A stretch of DNA of 64,000 bases from Geosiphon pyriformis uo1. Taxonomy: Eukaryota; Fungi; Glomeromycota. The notes beneath the pieces are model-generated. The model had not been told where the DNA came from and made no database searches. It saw only the letters and a program-made list of their open reading frames with translations. Location: the NCBI GenBank assembly GCA_016748015.1, contig JAAOMT010000082.1, positions 110,857 through 174,856 of the forward strand, written 5' to 3'. This document shows, piece by piece, positions 1-13,510 of this stretch (positions are counted from its first letter, which is position 1; each line of letters opens with the position of its first letter). Both the position numbers and the translations under genes were made by a program.

Positions 1-482
1 CTTGCACTGCGACCAAAATTATTTTCATTAAAGTTACTACTACTAACAACAAATGTACTGCTATTTAAAGCCTCAATCACTATTAAATTAACAAAATGTG
101 AGTGAGCCAGCCTCTTTTCCAAAGTGGCACTTGCATACAAGCCTAAAATTGTTACTGAACACTTGTTTTTGAAGAGCAGCTTTACAGAAATGAGTCAACT
201 AGGCACCTCAGAAACTTTACACACATGCTTTGCTAGAAAAACATCCAAAATTATGGTGACATCTAAACTTAAATAACCAGACTCTAAACCAAAGATAAAC
301 ACTCAAATGCCATTAAATTTATTCACAATTCATGAACAAACTTTGCTTTTCAACTTTGTTTCAGTAACTACAGAAATTACATTGTCCATATTTTTGTGCC
401 AGTAAATAATATCTTCCTGTTTGGCAGAATTGTTTATGCCTCTGATGTTACATGTAGCCATTTTCCATACCAAACTACTCAT
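1..482 (-). pseudogene. LINE1 ORF2 N-terminus, APE endonuclease
   Basis: ATG at 482-480 overlaps the ORF1 TGA (ATGA). Translation shows MATCNIRGIN, VVTETKLK, VTILGLYA and SNFNE. Confidence 0.8.
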
Positions 483-2335
483 TGAAATGAAAAAAGAGCT
501 GAAGAATCTGAACTAGAACACAAATGATCCAATCTTTTTAATATTGAGCCGATTGAAACCTTAAAAGCTATTATTTTCAATTTCAATCCATCCACCTTGG
601 AGATCAGAATCTTAGAAAAACTTAAACTAGAGTCACAGACCATATCATCAACAACTAAAAGAAAAGGAGCAGATGTCAACATCACATTATCTAAAACCAT
701 ATTCACATCCAAAATGTGACACCATAGGGGTGTAAGTGACCAGAGGAGGAACATCAAAAGAGAGTACCATTGGTGCCAGTTCCACACAACTTAACTTTTT
801 CAATATATCAGACACCTGATCCATCAAAAGCTCCAAGGAGCATTCTAAAGAGGCCAAACAGGCATTCAATAAAGAGTTGTTAGCTGAAACAAGAAAGGAA
901 ACACCATTTAAATCTAAGATATTAAAGGAGAGAGGCCAGAACTGAAACCAGAACTGAAATGAAAACCACCAGAAGGACCAACAAGTGAGACTACCTGGGC
1001 CCAAGTTTTACCACTAAAAGCAGCAGAGTGAGAAATCAGAACACTTTTTCTTTTATACAATCTTGTCAACTAAAGACAATACATATTAAAAGCATTTCTT
1101 TTAAAGTTTTTTTCAGGAAGAACAGGAACCAGAATGTCAGAAACATCATATTCTAAAGCTGAATGTCCAAACTTCTTACACTTTTCACACCGAACCAAGT
1201 CTAATCTTGTCCAAGAAAGTCTTATACCACCAAATATTAGCTCAATGCAAAATGCAGATTCAAGCTCATTTTCAGATTTAAAACCAACAACAGCACAGCA
1301 AGTCTGGTTGCCAGTCTCTAGAAAATGATTGATCACACAAGTTTTCTCACCAGTCCCTTCCAAAAGAGTATCAAGATCATGCACAGTTGTTCCTACTGAC
1401 AAAGTAAACAAAAGCACCCTAAAGCAATCTCTAAACATCCAAGTATTCCAATCTCCTATGGCCATAGCCACATGTACTGAGTCCTTTCTAATGAGAAATA
1501 ATTATCTTGATGCCAGCTGTTTTGCCTGCTTTAATTCAGCAAATTTCACTACAGTCTTCTGCCACATTCCAATCAGCTGAATTTTAATCAACTTAATATT
1601 ACCAAACTCAGATACTATGGTAACAATTATTTCTTTTGGCATGTCCATGAGAATTTTTTTGATTACTATGGCCCAATTTGAACAAACTCTTTGTTTCTTG
1701 AGATTGCTGTTTATATTGATTCCCTTTTTCTTGGCCAATAAAGCAGTCTTATTCATGTTTTCTTCAGATGTAAAGGTAAATTAGATAATTTTTTCAAATT
1801 TTGAGGAAGTAGTGATTCCTCCAAAACCATTGACTAATGAAAAAATTTTTCTAATTAACTGAGTCTTTGCCATAACAGATTTGTTTTCTACTGCCGAAAG
1901 GTTGATATTTAAAACAAAGGATTTCTTCACTGAAACTTCTATCTGAGTTTTTATAACCTTAGAATCAATCTACTTTTTGTTAAAAGAAACACTGAGAGAA
2001 AAAGGAAGGACCACTTCATTATCATCTATGTGATAATTGAGAAAGCCAATAGAAGAACCAAAATCAGCACCAGTGTCAATTTGCTTTATTTTAAGGGTAT
2101 TTGTAGCTGAATCTAACAGAGAACCACTATTATTACAAGCCAAGCCAATATCCTCATTATTACCAGACAAATTTTCAGCATTAGAATATATATTAACACT
2201 AGAACCAAACTCTAAAAATATGTTTTTTTTATCACCAAAATGCTTAACATTCTCTAGAACAATCTTCTTTTTCTGTGAAAAAGAACTACTAGCAGAACCA
2301 TAAAAAATACTTTTGGGTGTCTTTTTTTTAAACAT
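479..2335 (-). pseudogene. LINE1 ORF1 (Gag-like nucleic-acid-binding protein with CCHC knuckle), multiple stops
   Basis: ORF track pieces 1970-2449, 1502-1756, 1070-1471 and 479-787 are collinear; ends SSALFSFQ* at 479-481. Confidence 0.75.
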
Positions 2336-2532
2336 ATTACTACCTGAGGCAGCTATCAAATCCACTATGAAAGAGTTATTAAATAGAGAAATATTAATAG
2401 AAAACCAACAAAAAAAAACCAAAAACTTCTTTTTCAGAAATATGCTCATTGAGAGTTTTTTGAAAATAAGAGAGAAAAAAGTTCTATAATTTTTTTTAGT
2501 TATCTTAAAAACATAAATTTTTAATTATTATT

Positions 2533-3608
2533 AAAACAACCAAAAACTCATACCCAATATCATTAATTGACAAAATCTTTGATATTTTTGGAAGAGCAAA
2601 ATGGTTTTCTACACTTGACTTGACCAGTAGATATTGACAAGTGGAAATAGACCCAAAAAACAGACATAAAACAGCATTCACAACACAAAATAGCAATTAT
2701 GAGTTCAATATAATGCCATTTGGATTGACAAACACTCCTGCAACATTCCAAAGACTAATAGACATAATTTACTCTGGAATTCTGTGACAATTCATTGTTG
2801 TCTACTTGGATGATACAAATATTTTTTTGCCAAAATTCACAGATCATCTCCAATATTTACAACAAGTTTTTGAGAGATTGAGACACACTAGATTTAAATT
2901 AAATTTAGAAAAATGTTTTTTTGAGAAAAATAAGCTAGTATTTCTAAGACATGTAGTTAGAAAAGATGGAATAAAACCAGATCCATTAAAAATAGACAAA
3001 GTGAAAAATTTTTCAGTACCTCAAAATGTTTCAGAAGTCAGAAGCTTTTTAGAACTTGCATCTTACTATTGCCACTTTGTAGAAAACTTTTCAAACATCA
3101 CCAAACCTCTTAATTATCTACTATCCAAAAATGTGAAATTGAATAGATTGAAACACAGCAAAAAGCTTTTGAGTACCTTAGGCAAAAGCTCATTGAATCA
3201 CCAATAATTATCTATTCAAATTTTAACAAGAAATTTATTTTGGCCACAGATGCCTCTGAAACAAGACTTGGGACCATTCTTTCACAAAAAAATAATAATA
3301 GAAGAGAATATATAATTGCTTATATTAGTAGAAGTCTTAATATGACAGAGCAAAACTACGCAGCATACAAACTGGAATACTTAGCAGTAGTCTGGAGTTG
3401 TGTTCATTTTGACACATATTTATGGTATAAACCCTTTGATATTATCACAAATTATAGAAGTCTGGTCTGGTTAAATAACAAGAAAGCACTAAAAGAAAAA
3501 TATGTTAGATGGTTACAAATATTAGCACCATATAATTATATTATCAAATACAAAGAAAATACCAAAAATGCCAATGCTAACTGTTTGTCAAGAATAAAAC
3601 ACACATAA
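2533..3608 (+). pseudogene. A1 reverse transcriptase (partial) and RNase H
   Basis: FSTLDL, MPFGL, VYLDD, ATDAS, NANANCLSRIKHT*. Confidence 0.9.
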
Positions 3609-3636
3609 AAATCACCAACCTATTCATCACAAAAAA

Positions 3637-5010
3637 ATGAACAATTACCTTTACAAAAACTTCAAGCAATATTTAGAAACACTACAAGTTAATGAAAACA
3701 TGCCAATAGAAAAGCTAATTAAGCTCCAGAAATTATCAAGACATTATTTCATCCAAAATCACATACTCTATTATCAGAATTGACAAAATTCAGACAATCT
3801 ATTAAGAGTTATAACCACAGATGAAAAAAAAACTATCTTATTCAACATGCACTCAAATATTCATTCAGGCCATTTTGGAAAAACAGCAACTATCCAACAT
3901 GCAATTAGTCATTACTATTGGCCCAAAATGAATTCAGATATAATCCAATATATAAGAAATTGTAATCCATGCCAATGGAAAGAAGAAGCAAAAACAACTG
4001 AACCATTGAGACCAATAAAAATGAGACAGCCATTTGACAGAATTGGAATTGATTTAGTTGGACCATTATTAATAACAACAAGAAACAACCATTATATTGC
4101 AATAACCATGGATTATCTTACTAAATGACCAGAAGCTAGAGTTATTAAAACAGCTAATGCTATTTTAGTAGCTCAATTTGTACATAAAAACTTAATTTGC
4201 TGCCATAAATGTCCACAAGAGTTGCTATCAGATCAAGGCACACACTTTGTAAACAGCACTTTAAAAGAGCTTAGCCAAAGATTTGGCATTAAACAACTAC
4301 TATCATCATCATATTATCCATAAACAAATAGATTAGTTGAACAGTTTAATTACACATTATGTGAATTACTGGCCAAAATTAGCAATGAACATGAAAAAGA
4401 ATGGGATTTATTCATACCAGCAGCATATAGAATATTGAAACAAGATACTATACAATTTACATTATTTGAATTAGTTTATAGAAGAAAAGTTACATTACCA
4501 GTTGAACTTACTATTCCAATTTATCCAAGTGACACTATCACTAAAACAACATTCAATGAAACACTACCTAAAAAAACATATGAATTAATAGAAACTTTAG
4601 AAAACAAAAGAAAAAAAGCAGCACAAAATATTAAACAGTCACAAAAACAACAAAAAGTAAGACATAACAACTAGTTACCAGATAATATAGTTAACTATAA
4701 AATTGGAGATAAAGTATTATTGTACTGTACTAAAGCTAAAAAACAATGGAGTGGAAAGTTTGATCACAAGTGGGATAGACCATTTTACATTCATAAAATA
4801 CTTGAAAATAAAACATATAAGTTAAGACTGGATGAAAAGATATTAAAAAAAGCAGCACATAATAACTGGCTAAAATTATATCACAGTAAACTAGTAATAA
4901 TAACACAAACACCCAGAATTAGAACACAATTACTATTAGTGTTATCAGATCAAATTCTATGAGATTTAGAACCAGTAGTTTTAATTGAACAGTATTCAAA
5001 AGATAATTAA
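3637..5010 (+). pseudogene. A1 stand-alone integrase ORF
   Basis: Own ATG (MNNYLYKN); HHCC (HSNIHSGH...CNPC); DDE core (IGIDLVGP, SDQGTHF); GPY/F-like KWDRPFYI; C-terminal LEPVVLIE. Confidence 0.88.
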
Positions 5011-5144
5011 TCTTAAAACACACCAAAAACGACTTAGCAAACATAAAAACTCATGCAAAAAAATCCAAAATAGCAACCAAAAAAATAAAATAAAATAAAA
5101 TAAAATTAAAATTAAAATTAAAATTAAAATTAAAAATTAAAACA

Positions 5145-5815
5145 ATGATATGTATTCCAGAAAACATTAGCAATATAACTTAACAATTAATCAAAATCTT
5201 ACAATAATCAAAGTTAGATCTAGAAATTACAATTAGTAATGTTAAAATAACATACATAAAAAGAATAATAAAAAGCCCAAAAACAAAAAAAGAACATAAT
5301 TTTGAATCATACAATATTACTATCAAACATAGCAACAAGTTTAACAGTAAAATTATTGAAAAATTGGAGATAGCATTGGACAATACATTAATAATAGAAG
5401 AAATAGAAATAAAAAAATTAACACCAGACATATTTAACAACTTAAAAGCAAAATTTCCAATTAACTACTGTTATTATTAGCTTAAAAAACACTTAAATAT
5501 ACAAATATTATACTCAAAAGATTCAAATAGAGTATTTGACAAAGCAACAATCCAACAATTAGAAAGTTTTATTGGAAAACCAATAGTATATTCCATTCAA
5601 AAGCAGTTTACAAAATTTTTAAAACATTTAAAAATTGTTACAAAATATTATTGGATCTAACTATGAACATAATAACAATTAACAATATTAGACAACTTAC
5701 CAACTCTTAATTTCAAAAATTACAACAACAAGTTAATAATATAATATTGAACTATTATAGCAACTTAGAATTCAATAAAAAAATTAACTTTGATTTTGAC
5801 AAAACTCAATTTTAA
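5145..5815 (+). pseudogene. A1 ORF3, uncharacterised ~220-aa helical protein
   Basis: Homologous to the A2 ORF at 28698; ends FDFDKTQF* abutting the PPT. Confidence 0.7.
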
Positions 5816-5828
5816 AAAAAGAAGATAA

Positions 5829-6812
5829 TATTATGGTTTAAGAATTTAGCAAAAAAATCATAAAATAATATAAATTATCCAATTATAATATAGTACAATA
5901 ATAATTTTAGAAAAATAATAATTAACATAATGGCAAACACCATCTTATAATAGTGATAAGCACCAGTTTATAATAGCAGTTAACACCAATTGATAATAGT
6001 GGCCAATACTAACTAGTGATAATAACCAACACCAACTGGTAATAACAGCCAATACTAACTAGTAATAGTGGTCAACACCAACTGATAATAGTGACAAACA
6101 CTAAGTTAAAATACCAAAAAGAAAGTATTACAATGTGTTTTCTCATAGAACTACAAATATTTATATATACAGTAGCTTTAATATTAAGAAAAACAACAAT
6201 ATTATTCAACAAGTCATAAAACAAATCATAAAAACAAGTTATTAAACAATTCATCCAACAGTTCTACTTTAATTATTTTCTAGTCTTTACTTTTAAAATA
6301 AATATTCACAAAAACTTTTAATCAAAAAAAATAAAAAAAAATATTAAAAACTAAATAATCACAACTCAAAGTATTAAGAAACTTACTTGTATTATTATTG
6401 AATAAAACTATTATTCATTAGCTAAATCTCTTAAAAGAATAATTCCTAATCAAAATTATTTATGTTGTTACTAATTGATAAAAGCTTTATTGTGAGAATT
6501 AAGAAAAACACTAAAGGCCATTAACATTTCATGTTTCTAGATTAAAGAAACACATTAGACAATTACAGGGATAGCCTTAAAGAAAATATTAGACAATGAG
6601 TAGATTTTAGTTTAGTCTTTGAAAAAAAGTACATAAATACACACAACAATTAAAAATTAAGAAATAATTTATATCATAACATTAAAGAAAAAGTCTTTAA
6701 TATAACAATAATATTATTATACAAATAGAATTGAAGAACTTATAAGAGACTAATTGCAATTAAAACAGGATATATTAGCAATTAAATATACCAAAAAAAC
6801 TATTTTGTAATA
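5829..6812 (+). repeat. A1 3' LTR with an expanded 23-bp U3 array (~8 units, ~5928-6105)
   Basis: TATTATGG...TGTAATA, a decayed form of TGTTACGG...CGTAACA; preceded by a purine tract at ~5814-5825. Confidence 0.85.
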
Positions 6813-6864
6813 ATGTCTAGATTTAAAAAGCTCTGTCTTTACTTGGTTTAACATAACTACTTAG

Positions 6865-7834
6865 TATTACTAATAGAATTTAGTCATTAATTAACATGAA
6901 ATTAACCTTATAATTCCTATTATTAATTAGTATACATTATTATTATTTCAATTATTACTTATTAAATAATTAAATTATCAAATATTACTATTTAATTAAT
7001 AACCTAATTTGTACTATAAAAATTAAGATGATCAAATTACACAATACTCTGAACCATTTGATATTTAAAATTCACCGAAATTTGGTAGAAATTGGCTGAA
7101 ATAATCAATAGATTGTAGAAATAACTTGTAGTTTGCCAAAATATATCTTTAGTTCACAAAAATAATAACAAAGAAAAAATGCAAGTTCAAAGACTAGTAC
7201 TACAACATATTGTATAAAAGAAAAGCTTTTCTTTTCAAGAAAATGTATTTTACTCAGAATTATCTTATTTTAAATATTTTAATTAAAACAAATTATTTCT
7301 TATATATCCTTACAAAAATCAAATAAAAATAAAATTTTGAAAACCAAATTCTTAATTATTATACTTGAAATTCACAAAAAAATACCTGACTAACGTTTTG
7401 AAATTGATTAGCTACCAATTTCAATAATCTGTTAATGACTTTAGGCCTAGATAAAAAACGATTTTCTTGATAAAATTCTATTTTTTTTACATTTTTTTTA
7501 TTTATTTATTTTTTTATTATTATAATTATTAGAGTAGCCTATAGACAAAATTTCTGTAGAAAAGTTGACTTTTATAGCAAAGTAACTATATATTTTAGTG
7601 AGCTTCCAGACAAGCAATTCCTGGAAAAGAGTTAATATTTACTACAATATAACTACATAAAGTAATTGGCACAGAATTGGTCATTTCACTTTTAAGTCCA
7701 GCAGTTCAAATTATAGGAGATAATTTGAAGATAAATTCAGTTATTGGAGATTCAACTACTTTTTTTAATTGTGAATTTACAGCAAACAAACATTAACAAT
7801 ATTTAAAAAAAAAGACCAAAAATCCCCAGTAATA
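6865..7834 (+). repeat. B 5' LTR
   Basis: Collinear with 32426-33377; TATAAAA at ~7214; followed by TT plus PBS TGGTGCTC. Confidence 0.88.
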
Positions 7835-7836
7835 TT

Positions 7837-7853
7837 TGGTGCTCTTTCACAGG
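7837..7853 (+). promoter_or_regulatory. B primer-binding site (PBS)
   Basis: TGGTGCTCTTTCACAGG, 2 nt after the LTR end. Confidence 0.7.
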
Positions 7854-7879
7854 AACAACACAACAACAACAAATTTAAA

Positions 7880-10800
7880 GTGACAACTTCAGCAGACACA
7901 ACAATTTTAGAGTATTATTAATTGATTTACACTCACTGTAAGCAAAAATTTAACATCTAAGATGAAATTAAAATTTTGAAGAAATCACTGTATCAATATA
8001 TTAAGAACCACATCAATAATTATCTTTTTGAAAATTACAACATTTTAAAAGTCAGAAGCAATCTTTATTAAAATTTATTACACTATTTTCATTTAGAAAC
8101 TGAAGATCTTAACAGTAAAATACTTAACACCTACTTCCAAAAACTCAACTACAATATCATTTAATATTGTAAAAAAAATACTTTGTATAATATAAATTCT
8201 CTTTTGGCTTTGAATCAGAAACCAAAACAAGCAATAAAGACAAACAAAAATTGAAACAGCATTCAAAAATCACTTCTAACACTCTGAAAACACCAAAAAT
8301 AACTACCAAACACTTACAAACTCCAGAACAAGAAACCAGTATTAAATTACCACTTTTTATTATACTATTTTTAATTTCACTTGCTTAACAACAAACTCCA
8401 AACTTATCACTTATCCAGTTTTCAAGACTAGAAGATTTTCAGTCACTTAAAAGTCCTACTTAACTGCAGAAACCAATATCAACTAGCACCAATTTTCTTA
8501 ATTACTTAGAAGAAAATAAAAGTAATTATTCAGAGAACTTAGAAAGTAAAAAAACCAAATCAGAACAAGAAAAAACTACCAAAAACAAAGAAAAAATGAC
8601 AACCACTTACATTGCAAAAATCACTGAATTTACAGGAAAAGATATTAACATTAGTTGACAAAAATGGCTAGACAAAATCCAAAAAACAAAAAATATAAAT
8701 AAATGAACTATAGCAAAAATACAAAAAGCAATCCCATACTTTCTCTAAGGAATAGCAAAAAAATAGTTTGAAAACATAGATGAATCATTTAAAAACTAGC
8801 AAGCATTCAAAAATGCCTTTTTACAACAATTCACCAATAACAACATCTTTATCACTCTCTGAAATTGCTTTCACAATATCAAACAAGAAACATCTAAAAC
8901 TGTCATGATCTATTTTGAGAGGTTTAACAAACTTTTTTAACAAATTTGATAATTGAAAACCAATAACTACTATTCCAATGCCTAGATTTTGGATTAGTTT
9001 ATTGCACAATTAAAAGATAAATTAATCAAAAAAATTTATCTTCATGTTTTAATAGACTTAGCTACAGCTATATAATATACAAAAAACTATGAAATAGCTA
9101 TGAAAAAAGTAAATTATACAAAGCTTGTAAATCTTACAATTGGAAAAACCAGCTCAGCAGTTGAAAAAAAAATTAACCAATTTACAAAAAAGATCAAAAA
9201 TTATTTTACTAATCAACAACAACAGCAAAAACCACAAAAATACCAGCCACCTTAATAATACAATTAAAACAACTACTCTTTATTATTCAACAACCAACTA
9301 CAAAACTGTCATTATTGTGGAATTCTAGGATATTGAAAAAAAAATTGCAGAAAATTACAATAAAACCAACAAAACAGAAGTAATCAATATTATTCTTTAC
9401 CACAGCAATTCTATTATTAAACTTCACAATCATCTGTCTATTACTCTCTAAGACTCCAACAGCAAAATAATTACTACCAGTCTGCTTCACAGCAACAATA
9501 ACAACAAATTTCACCAATGTAACAATATCAAATACCTGCTCAAAGATTGGTTTAACAAAACTAATTTATATCTTAAAATTGTTTTCAGAGTAATAACAAT
9601 AGAATCAACTCAAATAACCAATTGGTTCTCCAAAATTCTGGTTAGCAAAGATCTAATCATTACTACACTCAACCCAGTTATTTTATAATACTTGAAGAAT
9701 CGAATTTTCAACAAACTGTACTTTCTAAAAATGAAGCTATAGTACTAAGATTAAATCCTTCTAACAATACCATTCTACCAGCTCAAATTATCCAAAATAC
9801 TAATTTTTCAGATATATTCCTATTTAAATCTGAAGCTAATGAATCATCATTCCTACTTAGTAATGCAGCAGTTAATAAACAAAAAGCAATAACAGCAATA
9901 TACACTAAAGTTAAAGTAGAAGAAAAACAAATTTGATTAATTCTAGACAGTAAATCTGCTGAAAATATTATCACTTATCAACTAATACAACAGCTTTAAC
10001 AAACTGTTAATAGACCAGCACAAACAGTTATTGTTATGACAGATGATATAAAGAAAACTTTAATAAAAAAAATTGATAATTTCTATTTTACTATTGATGG
10101 AATTACTATTCTAATCAAAGTTTTGGTTATAGATGCATCCCAATATTAAGCTCTAGTAGGAAACAATTGGCTTTTCAAGGCCAATGCAAATTTAGATTGG
10201 AAAATCCAAGAATTAAAAATTTCATATCAAAAATAATACATCAGAGTATCTGCTATTTGTAATATTTTTAACAAATAATCTAAAAAAGTCTTAGTGTTCA
10301 AATTTGAAGAGAAAAAAAAAATGCCAATTACTAAAACTTTTATGGTTCTTGGATTACCATTCAATTGGGCTGAAGAAACTGAACAAAAAATTTTTAAGAA
10401 AACCAGAGAATAGAATATTGTTTAATACTTTACACCAGAACCATAAAAAAAATCATTCTATATTTTACTTAAATATAAAGACTACAAGAAGAAACTTTTA
10501 TCAATGAGAGCATACATATCTCTAAAAAAGAAATATAAAACAAGCATCTGCTATTTTTGTAAAGCCTGCCATAGGAATTGATTCAAATACCCTAAATATA
10601 ATGGAAAATAGAACAATACTCCTTGTTTTACATGTGAAAAAATGCTATCAGAAGAATATAATTAGATTAATATTGTAATGAGAAGAGGAGTATGTAACCA
10701 AACATGTTAATATGCTTTATCAATTGTAGAAAAAATAAAAGGAGGAACACCATTCAATGCTATTTACAATAGTGCTCTTAATAAACTTTACCACTACTTA

Positions 10801-13448
10801 CATAATGCCAAAATAATTTATGAATTAGCCATGATTCTAATTAATGAAGAAACCAAAAAAAATATATGTTAAATGAAAAAAGTTGAATATATTAAGTACA
10901 TTATAGAATTAGTTGAATTTGATTATGAAGATGAAGTAGAAACATAACACCAAATTGCAAGTTATACTTACCTAACCCAAAAAGCTCAAGTTCAACAATT
11001 AAAGCAAATAAACATTCAATTGTGTAAAGTATACATCATGCCTTGTGATAACAAATAGTGTCCAAAATGCTATGCACTTAGCATTCTTTTGTCCAGCAAA
11101 AATGACCAAAAAGAAATTAAACTCAGAAATTCTAAACTAGAGAAAAAATTCCCAACAATTCCAATCTATCTTATTGAAAATCAACCAGCTCTATAACTTA
11201 AATACTTTGACAACAATGGCCAAGGAATCAAGCCTAAAAAAGCTTATAAAATTGATGCAAGATATGATCTACAATATTCTGATAAAAATACTTTAGTTCT
11301 TTAACCAAAGTTTTTAACAAAAATCAACTTTAGAATTGCTCTTAAAATACTACCAGGAACAATAATTCAAATTGCTTCTTGATCATTATTGGCAAGCAAA
11401 GAAATTAATGTCAGAAGAAAAATTATAAATACAGAATACACTGAAGATATTATTATTATGATACAGAATAAAACTAAAAAATCATTTAGAATAAAACATA
11501 CTAAAAAGATTGCTCAAGCAATTTACTTACTTTTAATCAATATTTTAGAGTTACAATTAGTTAGTAACACAGAATAATTAGACAAAAACGAAAGAAAAAT
11601 ACAAGGTTTTGGTTTAACTGAACAATTTACAATTTTAATAAATATAGCCTTTAATACACAGAATGAATCTTATCAGATTTTTCAACTTCTCCAACCAATT
11701 ACCATATTACTTTTCAGAAAACATCATGAGATATACACTTGTTTAAAACCTACTACTACCCAACAAATTTTTGAATCCAATAAACAAATTTGTTTAAAAC
11801 ATGAAATCTCAATTCCAAATATCTATATACCAAAAGAAATAAAAAAATTTAGAGTTACTTTCTATAATCCCAACAATCACCTCATCATTTTATTAAATAA
11901 ATTAAAAATTGAAATCATATATAGCAACATCTTTTAAGATAAAATCTCTCAGATTGTTAGCAATTTCATTAAAGTTGTAAGATATACTTTACTTCCAAAC
12001 TTAAACATCACTTCTACTACTGAAAATTATTATATCTTAGAAGAAAAACTCTCTTGAATCAACATGGGTCTCTTAGAATCATTACAATAAAGACAATTAA
12101 AACAGCTAATTGCTGAATACACTGACATATTTGCTAAAGATAACAATAACTTTGAAAAAACTAATATTGTTTAACATCAAATTCATACTGGAGATACTCT
12201 ACTAAAATGTTAATAAGCTTATCAAGTTCTACTTGCCAGTTACCAATTCATTAGAAAAAAAGTACAACAAATGTTCAACAATAGTTTTATTTAACTATCA
12301 AAAAATCCTTGAGTCTTATCAATAGTTTTTGTTAAGAAAAAAAATGGCAAAATCGGATTTTGTGTAGATTATTAACAGTTAAATAATGTCATAATCAAAG
12401 ATGTCTACTTTTTTCCAAGAATTGATAACATATTAAATGCTTTGGAAAAAGCCAAGTTCTTCTCAATTTTAAACTTGAAAAGCAGATACTAACAAGTCAA
12501 AATAGACCAAAGAATTGTCTCAAAACAGTATTTAACACTCAAGAAAAAAACTATAAATTTAATATTATGCCTTTTGGACTCTGCAATACACCAGTAACAT
12601 TCTAACAACTTATAAATATTGTCTATAAAAGACTTTTATAACAATTAGTAGTGGTTTATTTTCCAACTTTTGAAGCTTATCTGATTTACCTATAAGAAGT
12701 ATTTTAATGATTACAGAAAACAGGATTAAAGCTAAACATCAAAAAATATCATTTCAGAAAAACAAGTCTGATTTTTTTTGGACACATAGTTAGCAAAGAT
12801 GGAGTTCAACCAAATCCAGAAACAATTAGTGCTATCAAAAACTTTTAAATTTTCTGAAATATTACTGAATTAAAAAGATTTGTAAGATTAACTTTTTATT
12901 ATTAAAAATTCATCAAAAAATTCTCTGAAATTGCAAAATTTTTTAATTATCTGACCAACAAAAATATACTTTACTAATAAACTAAAGAACAACAAAAAGT
13001 CTTTAAAACTCTTAAAACAAAATTGATAACAGTCTTAATTCTTGTTTATTTAGACTTTAACAAATAGTTCTAATTAGTCACCAATGCATTACACATAGTT
13101 TTTGGTGCCATCTTATTACAATTAGATAACAATAATAATAAGCAAGTAATTACTTATGCTAACAGAACACTTAAACCAACAGAACTAAAATATGGCTCTA
13201 TTAAACTAAAAACCATAGCTGTAATCTGGGCCCTTAAACATTTTCAACAATACCTTCGAAATAGACCACAATTTGACATTATTACAAATAATATTGGCCT
13301 CAAATAGCTTAACAAAAAAAAATTTAAACTTAATGCCAAACAATTATAATAAACTGATTTTCTAGCTGATTACAAATATATTGTTTACTACAAATCTGGC
13401 AAACTACATACCAATGTGAATAGTTTCTCAAAAATAAGGCAAACTTAA
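7880..13448 (+). pseudogene. B gag-PR-Cys-rich-dUTPase-RT-RNaseH
   Basis: MTTTYIAKITEFTG (~8597); CHYCG knuckle (~9307); LILDSKSA (~9940); IDARYDL and ASxSLLA dUTPase (~11.2-11.6 kb); FCVDY (~12360); ends FSKIRQT*. Confidence 0.8.
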
Positions 13449-13510
13449 CACCAATATCAACAAATATTAACAAATCTACCAGCTTAACAAAATCAACAAA
13501 ATTAACAACA

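Larger units (their letters stand above)
1..2500 (-). mobile_element. LINE1: non-LTR retrotransposon, 5' part (ORF1 and start of APE ORF2), decayed, runs off window start
   Basis: ORF1 fragments with zinc knuckle CEKCKKFGHSALE(Y), followed by ORF2 start MSSLVWKMATCNIRGINNSAKQEDI (APE motif TxNxRG, later ETKL). Homologous to the + strand element at ~40.3-43.9 kb. 5' boundary approximate. Confidence 0.85.
2533..6812 (+). mobile_element. A1: 5'-truncated Ty3/Gypsy-like element of family A (RT-RNaseH, integrase, ORF3, PPT, 3' LTR)
   Basis: Starts abruptly inside RT (KTTKNSYPISLIDKIFD), collinear with A2 from ~26256; motifs YLDD and LATDAS; 3' LTR homologous to the A2 LTR. Confidence 0.9.
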
